From positions 31,434,001 through 31,498,000 of the forward strand of contig OX597838.1 of the NCBI GenBank assembly GCA_951406725.2: 64,000 nt of DNA, given 5' to 3'. This document shows, one piece after another, positions 31,055 to 45,558 of this stretch. Below the pieces are notes generated by a model. That model was given only the letters and a program-made list of their open reading frames with translations. It was not told the origin of the DNA and did no database searches. The position numbers were made by a program, and so were the translations under genes. Position 1 is the first letter of the stretch. Each line of letters opens with the position of its first letter. This DNA comes from Octopus vulgaris. Its lineage: Eukaryota.

Positions 31055-34000
31055 TTTATGTAGATATATACATGTATACACATATATGCACCTATACATA
31101 TAAACATGCGTGTGTGTATATACGCAAATACTTATATATACACGTACCTATAAGTATTTGCACTTGATATATAAACACATTACATATTTAAATACATTAT
31201 ATACATATATACATATGAAAAAATATATGATATATAAACGTACATATACACACATGCAGCTATATACATACATATAGATTTATGCATATTATACACACAC
31301 ATATGTATACCCGATGATTGTAGAGGAGATGGTGACTTCTTAGATATCCTACGTATGAATAAAAGATAGTAAAATAATGTGAAACTTGTTTTGAAGCCTC
31401 TATGCGCTCTCTCCATCTGCTAGAAATATCAGCTAAATCTAAATCTCTCACATAAAACGTATCCTCATGTTTCAAAAGCGGAAGATTGGGTAGGCCAATA
31501 TAGTTAAGTGCTAGATACATTATGTCTAGATAAAAGATGGGAAGGTCACGATTGGAATGTCGTCGATTATAGGTTTACTTGATCAGAGCTGTGACTAAAC
31601 AACAAGGGCAGCAGGACAGGCATGGAAGATTTAGTGGGGAGGAAGGAACACAGCCACTTCACCAGTGTCAATAGAATGAAAAGCGCATCAATTAACCATG
31701 ATTATTTAGAAGTTTACATCAGGGATATATAATCCGACCATTCTCTGCTTCCCTTGCTGCCATTAATAGTGTGTGTGTTGGGTAAGAAAGACAAAGCCAA
31801 ACCTCCTTTTGCAAAAAAATAAGTCCCACATAGAGAAATGGCAGAAAAAAAAAATATATATATATATATATAATCATTAATAGCTGAAAACTTTATTATA
31901 AACTGTACGTTATGTACCGATGCACATCCGTTCATTTGTCTCTTGAATCGCGGTGGCTTCCTGTTAGATCTCGCAACCGCGTCATATGCTGACGGAGCTC
32001 TTTCTGACCCGCATTATGAAATCTTTGTATCTTCCCCCAGGGCTCAGTCTGCCCCGTTCCACACACACTTTCCCCCTCTCACACACAAACGACCTACTTA
32101 TCATCACCTTCGTCAACACCACTCTTCCACTCCTTTCTACATTATGCCATCTTTTCATTCCTCCCTAACCTTCTGCATCAAATCGTTCTCCACATGCAAC
32201 CTAGACATCTCGCGCCGAATTTCGCATCGTCTTCATCAAAATACCTCGAAAGCATTCTTCAATGGGGTCATACCAATTTTCGTTTCCTTCAACAATCACC
32301 GCACGTGCCAGGAGGACACTATTGTAACGATACGCCCCTAAATGTTAAACACACACAAATCGTACCCTTATAATAGCTTTAGATGGAAGGTCTCAGTAAC
32401 ACAAGAGATAAGCTCCTGGATAATACATCTCCTTAACACAAAGACACCATCTTAAAGACTGGTTCTCTTCATCAAAATCAAAAAACACTTTAGTCCTCAA
32501 CAATGCTCAACCGGGACCCATAATGGAGTAACCTACTCACAGGACGACGAGGGACAATACTTTACATAGTCTTAAGAAACATGTATGAATAAAAGAGGAA
32601 AATATCTCGGAACTTTAATGAAACTTCTATCTCCACTTGCTAGAAATATCAGACAAATCTCTCTCTCTCTCTCTTCTCAAACTATATCCTAATGTCTTAA
32701 AAAAAAGACCGCGTTGGATAATATGGTGCTAGGTATACCATGTCTAATTAAAAGATGGGAAAATCACGACTGGAATGACTTCTAGATCAGAACTGTTTAA
32801 TCTGAGCTGGAGAGGCAGGACGATCACTGGAGTGACTTTAGAATAAACAAGTAGATATATAAACAAATAGATGTAGTAGTTTATAACAGACTACTGTATA
32901 TACAGCTGTGTTAATTGCGTCGATATATAAACGTACAGATTTAGTAGTTTTGACATGCTATCCAGGGAGGATGGCATGTAAAAAAAAAAAGGGGGGGGGG
33001 CTACACTCCAGCCAGTCACCCACAGACATTCTGTTTCTTCTGTCTTTTCTATCGCTGATAGAGTGGCTTCTGCACCTCGGAATTTGGTTTTGTGCCACCG
33101 CCATTTACCCGTTCTCAACACGGTACCAATTCTCTTCCCATCGCCATTCACCACGCACGCCGAAGTCTTTTGCCTTAACAAGAAGGTCGGACTCTGCAGA
33201 GAATTTCCTTCTCTCTGTACTTTATTCTCCTCCAGCCGTTGAACTTAAGTTTGATTGTCTTGCTAAAGCTTTTTAGTCGCCTCACCTCCGAGTGAGTCTG
33301 CTGCTGCTGCCATAGGTACGGCCCTTTTATGAAAGGAAAAAAAGAATCCCTCCCTTTCCAATTCAGAAAAATACCAAAGCATGCCGAGATAGTGATGGCG
33401 GCGGTGAAAGCCGACTAAATTCGACTCCAACAAAGAGGTATGCAACAAAGGGAGATAAGAATGCGTAACCTCACAAAAGTCCCCCCCCCCCGCTCGCCGT
33501 TTAACTACTCTGCTTCTCTTTGCTCTAGATTTTAACCAGATTTCTGGGCTGTTTGCACTCTAAACACTATAAGCCACAGGTACGATAAACATGCAAATTC
33601 ACAACACGATCTTTCGACGGTGTATATATATCCATATCCACATGCAATCACACTTTGAAATAGAGAGAGTGAGAGAGATATATTACACAGATTATTCGAT
33701 TTGACACTCTTTCACCTTATGATGGGAAATGGTTTTTCCATTACACGAATGCCCAGCACACACACACACATATACGACACAGCGAATAATAACTCTGCGT
33801 AATAATAAACTCGACATGCCAGAAAGAGCAGTCCGTGACCGCATTAAATAATGTAATCCGAGATACACTTTAAAATATAAAATTTTAAAAATAGTTCAAG
33901 ATGGTGCAAACTACTGACCTGGTGGGAAACTACACAACCACCACACACAATCACAACAGCCACACCACATGCACATACATATAAATGGAAAATTCGAAGA

Positions 34001-35102
34001 TAAAAAAATTTAAAACCGAGAGTAAGGGATGAAAGGTGAAGTGCAGACGGAGATGGATCGAAAGGTATTTGAAAGTAAATAAGATAGGACGATTATTATA
34101 TCACAAAGGTATTGACGAAGACAGCTGGGAAACTGAACAGGTTTCAACAAGCAGTGTATTCAAATAATAATAATAGTGGTGTCAGCATTGATAAACATAT
34201 ACAAAGACAAAAGGAGAGAGTTTATATGTAAACAGGTGTCATAAGATGGAAGTTTTTTTTAAAAAACTGTGATATTGGTTCGGTTTTGAGTTTGGCATGG
34301 ATGGGGAGGGTGGGAAATAGAAACATACAAACACACATTTTCTCTCACACCCACACACACATATATACGTATACGCACGCGCGCGCGTATTTTTAAGACT
34401 CGATCTCTCAATAACCTGCTTCGAAGGAAGAGAAACAGGAAGGTCAAAGACGAAAATAGTTGAAGGAATTTGGTACATAAAAAGCCATTTTTGATAAACT
34501 ACATTGTGCGTGTGTGTGTTTATACACATATACAAAGAGGGGATTTGGGGTTACAAACAATTAAAAATAGAAAAACACACACACACACACATGTATATAT
34601 ATCTTTTATCAATATTTAGCAGAAGTACCAGAGTGACTTAAGGACTGAGTGTTTCGTGCGTTGCCATTTATCCCACTATATATACATATAAAGATATATA
34701 TATATATATATACACATACATACATAAAGATATATGCATATGTATACTACATATGCATTTGTGGGCGTGGATATACTATATATCATATATACGAGAATAC
34801 TTTTAAAAATATATATACATACATACATACATACACGCACAACCACACTTGTTAATTTCACACAGATAAGTACATATGAAATATTTTACAAGTGTGTGTG
34901 TGTATATACATACACACACACACACACACACACAACCCCACCTCATTTTTGCGATTACATATTTTCCTCGAGAGAGAGGAAGTTATATTAAAGAAAACGT
35001 AACTCATGTCAGAAAAGCTGTCAAAAACAGCAAAGGAGGAACAAAGGTAGCAAATACCAACGCACACACAGACACACACCAGGTAGTTTGCATTTATGTA
35101 TG

Positions 35103-35135
<33 letters not shown>

Positions 35136-35380
35136 GGTTATATATATATTTATACATATGGTTATATATATACATATGATTATATATATATATAACCATA
35201 GCCGAAAGACAAACTATACAAACTATATATAATCATACATATAAAACGGACAGGAAAGTACATATACAGATCGAGTTATGTGTATACATATATATATCAG
35301 AGACAGAAGCAGTGTTAATAGCAAAACTCCCACTTAAAATAGGATATTCTGCTAAAACACAGAATACTACGAATCATCAC

Positions 35381-35700
35381 ATTATATATATACATCATAC
35401 ATACATATATATACATATATATATATACATATACATACATATACATACATATATACATCATACATACATATACATACATATATACATCATACATACATAT
35501 ATATACATATACATCATACATACATATATATATACATCATACATACATATATATACATATATATATACATCATACATACATATATATACATATATATATA
35601 CATATATATACATATATATATACATCATACATACATATATATACATCATACATACATATATATACATCATACATACATATAGATACATATATATATATAA
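35381..35700. repeat. Compound minisatellite built from ATACATCATACATAC plus (AT)n units
   Basis: Repeated ACATCATACATACATAT units about 400-700 bp into MED13 intron 1. Confidence 0.85.
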
Positions 35701-36074
35701 ACATCAATGTATAGACAAAGTGGTATACACATTTATGTAAATATATAAACAATTTAAAAAATAGGATAAAAATCTTCATAAGAATTTATCAAGTAAGTTA
35801 GAGTGAAACAATGCCCTGTATATAATATAAATAAATATATAAACAGATAGACTCTGTATAAAACCATAGTAGGCAAAAGTATTATGCATATATATGGGCA
35901 GGATAGTATATTTATACACAAATATATATGGGCAGGATAGTATACACAGACACACAGACAGAGAAATTGTTTAGACATGTGAACGCTCAAATACATGAAA
36001 CCGTACACATGTCTGTGGTGGCGGATGATAAAAACACATAAATAAGCAAATTATGTAGGTTATGGGGTACTTAC

Positions 36075-36143
36075 CAGAGCAAAAAGGTTGGTGTAGCAAT
36101 CTTCAAGAGAACAGCCGTTTCCCGCAGGACTAGGGTGACTCAT
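36075..36143 (-). CDS. MED13: Mediator complex subunit 13, coding exon 1 (MSHPSPAGNGCSLEDCYTNLFAL)
   Basis: Minus strand reads ATG AGT CAC...GCT CTG then GTAAGT donor at 36074; 69 nt, phase 0. The peptide matches the conserved MED13 N-terminus (NGxSLEDCxxNLFxL) and joins in frame to exon 2. Too short for the ORF track. Confidence 0.93.
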
Positions 36144-36145
36144 TG

Positions 36146-36154
36146 TCACTCCAT
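36146..36154 (-). promoter_or_regulatory. Micro-uORF ATG GAG TGA ending 2 nt before the MED13 start codon
   Basis: Minus strand reads gagATGGAGTGAcaATGagt; the upstream ATG has G at -3 and G at +4. Confidence 0.6.
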
Positions 36155-36878
36155 CTCACAACTCCTGGTTGGCTTTCTTTCTGGCGAGAAGGGCCAGGGC
36201 AGAGCTCCTTGATTTGGAGTAAATTTAACTTTCCACGTGAAAATTGACAAAAACTGTCGGGTAATTGTGTAGGGGGTGCAAGAATGGAAGGAAAGGAAGG
36301 AAGAAAGTAGGGGGAAGGAATAAAAAGAGAGAGAGAGGAAACGGGTGAAATATCAACAGTAGACTACTGTACGTCGTACACCGGTGTGTAGATATGCATG
36401 TATGTACATTTAGACATCTATATACACATACATGTAATATATAATATATACATATTACACACACTTGTAGATCTATGCATATAAAATGTTAGCTTTATAA
36501 TGGGGGTTTTTTTTCAATGACAAACGATCTCTTTTCTGTAAATTAGAGTCACAATAAATAGATACTTTACAAATATATATACATATACTATATTCTATAA
36601 CATATATCCATGTATGTATATATATATATATATATATATTACTGTTATTTTTTACATGTTGATCGTCTGGTTGAGAATTAGTTCGCTCTTTTAATTGCTG
36701 TTGTAACAATCAGGTTTTTTTTTTTTGACCTATTGTAGAATGGAGATTAGGGGAGGGGGGTATGAAAATTGATGTCGACCAGACACTTTCAGTACAGCTT
36801 ATCATACACTATATTATTATTATTATACACACACATATTCACTCACACGTGTCTATGTGTGTCTTTATATAGTAATAC

Positions 36879-36911
<33 letters not shown>

Positions 36912-37725
36912 AATAAATCTATGTAATTATATATACACATCTATCTATATACACAAAGTGAAGAAAGGAGGATTTCATAGATTTACACACACACACACAG
37001 ACACACACAAAAGTCTAAAGTGTGATGTGTTGTGGTGTGTATGTATATATATATATATATATAAATAAATAGATATATATATATATTAATGGGTTCCTGG
37101 ATGGGGGTGTTTTTAAAAGGATGAAGGGAAGGTATTTCTTTCTCCTTGGTGGTTCCTTTAAATCTGTTCTTGTTGATCTAGTAGCAATGGTGATGCTAGT
37201 AACATCACACAAGATCGTCGAAGGTTGTCGTAGCAAGAATAGTAAGGAGAATAATAATAATAATGATAATCGTGGTGTCTGGGAGTAGGCATCACTGTTT
37301 CCAAAAGTAACAACTTAAAACCACCACTTTTTCTGGGGTTTTTTTAATAAATTTTAAAAAAGGTCTGGTCTTTGAGGAATTGAGTGTTTTTTTTTTTTTT
37401 AATCTTTTTTCTTTCCGACCTCTGAGAGAGAAAATTTCCAAATTAATAAAGGATCCTATTTGAAAAATAAAATACACAATGAATCGCCCTGAAGCAGAGA
37501 TGATAAACTATGTAATTATTATATATATATAAATAAATATATATGTATATATAAATTTATATACACTTGAAGATAGAAGAGAGAGAGGGATATGAGAATT
37601 TTTTTCTTTTTTTTACATAAATGGATGACGACACTGATAAAAGAAAATCGTGTCGAAATATTATATTTAAATATATATAGCTATATTTATAGGTTCATAT
37701 GGCATATGTATGTATATATATATCA

Positions 37726-37756
<31 letters not shown>

Positions 37757-40700
37757 TGAAATATATAATGGATTGTTATATATATATATATGAGGTAAAA
37801 TCCAGGCTAATTTCCTGTGAAAGAAATAATTATTACATAGGTTAATTTCTTTTTTTTCTCTCTTGGATTTTTTTTCAAATCTGTATTGACTGTTGTTCCT
37901 TTTTGACAATAAATATTGCTCCGTTGCTGTTTCGTTGCTTAATATTCCTCTTCTTCATCATCATCACATTGAACCGTTTGTCCCGGTACATACAGAGATA
38001 TATATATTTATATATATATTATTATTATTATATACACATGGAAATAAATCAAATATATAATTTATAGACAGAGAGAGAGAGAGAGAGAGAATTATTTCAC
38101 AACTGTATAATATATAGGACTTAGTATATTTAATCTTTTTTCCTTTCACAACTTTCAACACTGAAAATATCTAATATATATATTTTTTTTTTTTCTTCCT
38201 TCAATAATTTTACTTTCACCACAACAATTATTAATTATTATTATTAATTAATTAATATAAATAATATCTCAAATGTGGGATACAAGGATCTGTGGTGGCA
38301 AAATTTTTCTCCTTTCTTGACAGAACATTGTATGGGAAAAATTTCAAATAATACTCCAAAACTTCCACATATGTAAAGTATATATATATATGTATATATA
38401 TATCTATTTTACTGTGTATATATATTTTATATATATATACACACACGTACTCACAGAGAGAAACAAATATGTGATCGAATAAATCCTTTTTATGATATGT
38501 TTAAAAGATTTTTCTTCTGGTCGCCGACATTTCTTTTGTTTAATCCTTTTTAAAGATGTCTTTGAGAGGGTGTACAAATTTATACTGGTACATATACATT
38601 TACACAAATATATTATATTGTATTACATATATTTCTGGTGTGTGTATATATTTTTCAGCTGAATAATTCACGTTTCTCTCTATTGCTATTTCACCATCGA
38701 TTCTCCTTCAGCCGGGATAAAATACCTTTAAAGTCGGACAATGTGTTCAGTTATGATATATATAAAACGTGTGTGTGTATATTATATTTATATATATATA
38801 TGTGTGTGTGTATGTGTATAAATATTTTGTTTTTCCTCGTTTATGTTGTGGAAGAGAAGTGTTTTAAAAGAGCTGATGGTGAAGTGATGAGTTTCATGCG
38901 GTGACGGTCAGCAATGAAGCAGACAACGACGATCGTCAGACGGTAACAACTTCCTCAAACAGAAAAAAATTTCCAACTTCTCAGCAAACAATAGACGAGA
39001 AAATAGGGTGAAAATAAAACATTTAAATACTCCTTTGGTGTGTTCAACCAATATATATACACATATATATATTATATATACATATATATAACGATTAATT
39101 AAATTGATGGATACCTAGATATAGATATATGTTGGTTAGAGGAAATAATACAGTATACAGTGCTAAATATATATAAAGAAATAGATCCAATTGTGGAAAC
39201 CAGATGGAAAATAAATATATATTATATATCAGAGGATTATTTTAGTGGTTTTACAGTCTGGTGTGGATGAAAAACAATTTAAATAAAACAAGTATTATAA
39301 ATACAAAACACACAAATCCACTTTAATGGTGTCTGGTGAAGAAGGTCTTTTCTCTTTTTTATTTCTTTCCTCCTGTATAATTTTCCGTTTTTTCACTTTT
39401 CTTTTTGATTGATTATCAGAGTTAAATAATCATCAAATGATTTTTATCCAATTTTCAGTTCGGTTTTCGGGTGGTTTTTAAAATATTTCTTCTTTTTAGA
39501 TAATCCTCTGTTATAGTAATAATATCCTTCTGTATTACAATTACATAAATATATATATATATACAGATTAGTGTATATAAATATATATATATTAGATTGT
39601 GTTCTGTTATGTATAATGATTAGATATATACATGTGAATATATATATACATATATTGTAATATTATATAAAACGAAGAGTGTGTGTGTGTGTCTGTGTGT
39701 GGTGTTTTCTTCCTGCGTGGTCGACGAAGTCGTCGTCGTCTCCTCGTCTGAATGTCGTCGTCTCTAAGGTAGACACAAGAAAAGCGCCAACAAATAATGT
39801 TCCGTTTTGGGGTTGGTTTGTTGCTGTTGTTGTCGTAACTGGATGGCCTTTTTACGTACGATTGTTCCTCTTCTTGTTGAAATCTTTATAATTTGTAGAA
39901 TTTCTGTGGTTATTTCACTTTCTCCGTGTGTTATGTGTGTGTTGTTTCTTTCTTTATCTCTCTTCTGCCTGATGAAACAGGGTGCAAAGTACAAGTTAGT
40001 AGAAAGCAATAATTACTAATGACGGCCGTTGAAATACATAGAAACACTCACACACACACATTTAAACATAAAACTCACTAAACTAAACTAGAGAGGTGTG
40101 AGAGAGAGAGAGTGTGATTAGATATAATATAGATACAGAATAGAGAGATGTTCATAAAGTGAGGGATCAACGAGAGAGTGAGATAATAGAGACAGAGAAG
40201 TAGCAGGACGACAATATATCAAAGTCAAAAATGGTGCGAAAGGAAGGAAATAGTTGATGATATATATTATCCTTTCTAGTGGCTTCTGCCTTCGTCTCGC
40301 TTGTCTCGTCTCCCTCTCGTCGCTTTTAAAACTAAAGTAGCACTGTTGTTTCTCTCCTACGGATGAATGTGTGTATGTGAGTGAGTGAGACGAAAGAGAG
40401 AGAGAAAGAATCTAGAAGACGTACAGAGAGTAATGGGGGATGGAATGAAGTGAAAAGCTTAGCTTGAGAGGGTTGCAGGCGACGAATACTTCTCAAGCAA
40501 GTATGAGAGGGGGGAGAGACTGAAAGAAAAGCAGAGATGATAGCAGTAATAATAAGACTAATAACAATAATAAACAATAATAATAATGTGGTGATGTTGG
40601 TAATGGCGATGTGGTAGACGGTCGGTGCCCTCTCGTTTTCTTGCTTATTATCTCCTGGATGGTCCTCACTCATTAATTGGTTGAGAAAACCGTTTGAGGA

Positions 40701-42039
40701 TTTGATTGAAAATGATAGATATGAATATTTTGTGAAATATTCAGAGGAATATTTTCCTCGGTTATCGTGTAATAGATTCCAATGTTTCCTCTTCTTTCCG
40801 TCAGCGTGGTTATGGTGAGGTGGTATGGCGTGTATTGTCTGTGTGTCGGTGTGTGCATGAGAGAGAGAGAAGGGGGACATGGATAGAGAGAAAGTGTACC
40901 AGAGAGAGAGAGAGAGAGAGATTGACTGTCGGTTCTTAAGTTGCTATTTCAAAGGAAGAGAAAGGAAACACAATCCAGACACACGGAAACAAAGAGAGAG
41001 AGAGAGAGAAACCTCAATTTCTTATTGTTCGGTTGGTTAATCGTTTGATTCCGTTTATCTGCATATATATATATATATATATATATGCATATATATATAC
41101 AGCTTTTTTTTTACATAGTAAGTTAATAAATAAATGGTGAGGGTCTTCTAGATTCAACCAATTCCTGCCAGAAGACACGATGCCCCTTTTTCTCCCTCGA
41201 TCTTTTCAAGCTTCGTCGTCGCCGTAATAATGACAAGTCGATAAAACAAACAATAAAAGGGATTTTTCGTCCGTTTAGAGACGAATCAATGTCTTTATTT
41301 TCATAAACAAAAAATAATCTTTAGAGAGAGAGAGAGAGACAGAGAGAAAAAGGCGGTGTGTAAATATGTATATATATATTATTTATTTGTATAGTGTCGA
41401 TATATATATATATATGTGTGTATATATATTTAGTGACTTCCACTGTTTCTAATCGTCGATGTGATGTGACGAGAGAGATAATATATTGGCTGATTAACAA
41501 CTGTCTGTTACTTCTCACTTCTACAACGACTTCAGTAATAATTATTATTATTATTCTTTCTATGCAATATTTGTCAAGTTAACAATTGCAGTTAACGTAC
41601 GTCTCCACCCCGACACACTAACAACAAAATATTATCTTTCATTAAGGAGTCATCTCTCTCGTCGTTTCACAGTTGGTGATGATCGGCCGGTGGTGGAGGG
41701 GCAGGGCGGGAGGGAGGGGAGGATTGCTTTCACTTCGGTACTGTCACCTTTTCTTTTTCCTTCTCTTTCTCATGCACAAGCATACACACACAAAAGACTA
41801 TTACGAGGGGAAAAGGAAAAATTATTTCTATTTTTATTTAATTCGGGTTTTTACGCTTGCATTAATAATAATAATATGATTATTTTATCATTATATTGTT
41901 ACTCCTTTAATGTCGCTTCACCTCTCTTTCTTTCTCTCTCTCTCTCTCTTTCTCACACACACACACGAACACATACCCCCTTCGGGAAAAGAAAAAAAAT
42001 AATTAAAGGTGCAAAGGAGACCCGATGCTTTTTTTATTA

Positions 42040-42110
42040 AGGGTCGAAAGTAATAAGTGTCGACGGTGGCGGATTTACTTTCGTCAGGTAAGTAGCAGAA
42101 ATGGCGGTCG
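42040..42110 (+). promoter_or_regulatory. Candidate short non-coding first exon/promoter of a divergent + strand transcript
   Basis: CpG-rich patch with a perfect donor CAG|GTAAGT (intron starting at 42088), followed by YY1-like AAATGGCGG at 42099-42107. Confidence 0.4.
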
Positions 42111-43589
42111 GCAGCAACCTCGACTACATTATTTTCCTCTCTCTCTCCATTCGGCCCTGTTTCTAACTCTCTCTTTTTTATCCTTCTCCGCTTCATCCCT
42201 TCCTCCGTCTACCTTTATACTTTCTTTCTCTCTCTCTCTTTCCATTCGTATTCAACTTTCTCCTCATCCCTCTCCTCCGCTTGCCGTCAATAGTTCATCT
42301 CTCTTTCTTTCCCTCTCACTTCATTCGGTTCTCTTCTAACTTTCTCTTCCTCATCCCTTTACTCCAGTTGATTTACATTCCTTTCTTTCTCTCTCTCCTC
42401 TTCCTCTTACTATCCTCCCTCTCATTAACTCCTAAGCTTTCACCACTGTATCCCAATCACAATTACCTGCTGCTCAACCCTCCCTTCCTTTCTCTCTCTC
42501 TTTACCATGTTACTTATCTCCCTCCCTCTCTCAAATTCTTTATCTGTCTTCAGGCAACCGCTTTCCTCACCCTTCTCTCCTTTAAACTCCCATCGCTAAC
42601 CTTAATCACTTCTCTTTATCACTCGCATTTCTTTTCCCTTCTCCAGTTCTTATCTTAGCCTCTTTTCTTTTCCTCACACCTTACTCCACTTCCTATCTGA
42701 CTTAGTCTCTTTCCCTTTTCCTCCTACCACCTCTCAACTTTGTCAACCATCCTAATGGAGCCAGTCTGGCATTCACCCTCCTACCCCCTCTCTCTCTTAC
42801 ACATATTCACTCCCACCCCCGTGATTCCGTTACTCAATGCTTCCTCTCGGACTTTCTCTTCTTCCTACTAAGAACATTTCTTCTCAACCACATTTCTCTC
42901 TCATTTCTACATTTTCCTTTATTAATAATATATCGTCACCTGTAATCATTTCTTTCCTCTCTCTTTTTTTTTTTGTTGTTTATTTTCATCACATCTATTC
43001 AAGTTAAACCAACTTTTAAAATTGTTTAAATTAGCACTTCTCAATCGGATAATCATTCACATGACCTTTTCCTCTGATTCTTTGAACCTTTATCTCTCTC
43101 TCTCTCTCTCTCTTCCCTTCTATCCATCTCCCCTCATATATATTATTTTCCCCCCTCTATCCATCCATCCACCCCCTATCATTTTTATATTTTCGGCTAC
43201 ACTGGCCTCGTTTCGTTTTTTCATACTTTTTTCTTCATTACAATTTCATTCTTCCTTTCTTTCACCTTTCTCTTAGAGAAGTCAGTCAATCAATTTACTG
43301 ATGTTTTTCAATTGGGCCAGTAGCAGCAGTAGTAGTAATAAGCCAGCTTGCAGAGAGAGAGAGAAGAGAAGAGAAGAGAGGCAGGATGATGATGATGGGA
43401 GCGGTGATGGCGGTGCAAATAATAATAATCTGAAATAAAAGAAAAGAGAGAGAGAGACTACAATAAATATGTTTAGAGGGGGAATAAGAACAAACAAGGA
43501 CTTTAATAGAAGAGTTCAGATGAAGACGAAGAAGAAGAAAGTTCTCCCTTGCTCGGAACAGAACAAGGCGGGTAAGCCGATGTCACGCT

Positions 43590-43700
43590 TTTTTATTGGT
43601 CCATTTCCTAGTCACGTGGAGCCACGAGCGGCTTTCGTCGTCGTTGTTGACCCCAATGTAAAGAACCGGAAGTCGTCCCGTCCACCAAACATGGCAGATG
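43590..43700. promoter_or_regulatory. Housekeeping-type promoter motif cluster (CCAAT boxes, E-box, ETS, YY1-like)
   Basis: ATTGG 43595-43599, GTCACGTGG 43611-43619, CCAAT 43653-43657, ACCGGAAGT 43665-43673 and AAACATGGC 43687-43695, all within ~100 bp of CpG-rich, TE-free DNA. Confidence 0.6.
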
Positions 43701-45558
43701 CTCGCTCATTTCTTTACCCATTCACCACCCATTCTCTCTCTTTCTCTCTCTCTTTCTCTCCCTCCGCTCCACAGTCGTACCTCTCAATTTAATCACCCAC
43801 CCTAATCTCTGTATAATTTTACTTTCTTCTCTTGATGATATCGCATCATTGTCATCCAACTTGTACTCTTCTTCACCTTAGCCGCACCTCTATCCTATCT
43901 CTCTTCCGACCCCACCTAACCGCTCGATCCTCTCTTGTCACCCCTATAACCTACCCCGTCTCTCTTTCTTTCGCATCCTTAGTAACCCTACCATCCCCCA
44001 CCCCTATTAATATACCACCTTACCTTACACTTTTCTTTCCATCCTATCTATTTCTCCTAAAAAAAACACTTCTTATTCTCTTTTGCCAGGAGAAACAGCG
44101 AAGAAGAGGAACACACGAGGGGGAGATAACTGTCTGCCGTTTGTTTTGTTTGTTAGTGAATTAACCGATTGTCGGAAGAGAAAGAGAAACCCAAGTCTTA
44201 TCGGCTCTTTATACCCAGTCAGTCAGTCAATCAGCCGACGAAGGAACCCGACCTTACAAGCCACTGACTGTCGTATTTACTCTACTTTCTTCTCTTTCCA
44301 ACACCTCCCAGCTGCTGGCTTTGCATTGCTTTTCGCCTTGATGTCATGGTGTCGCCAGTGACAGCTGCTTCTTGCTAAGTGTTGATCGCCTTGTTATTAA
44401 CCTCACCAACCCCGCCATCACCACCACCACCACTTACATATTGCTTTGTTTATTCTCTCTTCTCACGACGACCAGCTTTCTCCTCTTTGTGTGTAATCTA
44501 TGGTGATAGGTTAATATATCCACACAACAGTTACTAACCGCCTTCTTTGTCGTAATTACGTACCTGCCTCACCTGGCTGATCCGAGAGCGGAGAAGAAGA
44601 AGGGGGAGGGGGACAATCATTGTAACGTAAGTACCAGTAATACGCTGGTATTTATTCGGTCGATTATGTAATCACCTTTTACACGAAGCGAGCTAAGTAA
44701 AGTTCTCCGTGACTTGCTACAAATAGCAGATAAATCTCCGTGTCATACCCCGACTACTTATAGTATGCAGGAGATGATACATGCAATAATTTAGTCTTAG
44801 AAACACTATGTTTGAAAAGAAGATGTGATTGTCACGGTTGGATCGTCTTTATTCATAGTTCTTGCTCGATAAAACCGAGGAGAAAACAACATCAAATGGT
44901 CCTTCGTCCACATTATTATACGTAAATGGTCATCAACTTCGTTATATATTCCTTTGATAGACCGCCATGAAATAAGTGGTTTTTATTTACAATCACACAC
45001 TGCTTAGTATCTTTCATGTCTGTACCATTCCACTTAAAAGTTGACCTTGTACCTCGTTAATATAGATATAAACAAGACTTTGCATTTATTCCCACTTGTT
45101 GGAATCGATAAAAAAGAAATACTTCCAGTCATATGCAAGCATTGATTTAATTGACCGTAACTGACCTTCATTCAGACAATTTGTTGTTATTGTTGTCGTT
45201 CCGTGATTGAGCAGATAAGATGAAAGGCGTACATTTCAACCAGCTACAAATATTAGATTCAGTAAAGCTGCAGATCTTGTCATAGGAGCCAGTGGCAAAA
45301 GAGGGTCTCCCAAATGTTCTATGCAGAACATTTCTTACAAGTGCTTTTACCCCTTCTGGACATGGACAACAACGATGTTGAAGAAAAGAAAACCATCGTT
45401 ACTTTCACCTCCCGTCTGGTCAATGAAATCTCCCTTAAATTTTGCCCTTGTATCTATCTGCTATACGGTCTGTGATGTATCTTACTTAGCAAGGTTATTG
45501 AACACTTCAGTTTCCACCTTCATTTGGGACTATTTCGTTTGGTGTACCCTTTGAACAA

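Noticed and set aside
31943-32341. 132-aa ORF as a gene
   Set aside because: No recognisable domain and mostly pyrimidine-rich low complexity; possibly a decayed Penelope-like 3' end but not supportable.
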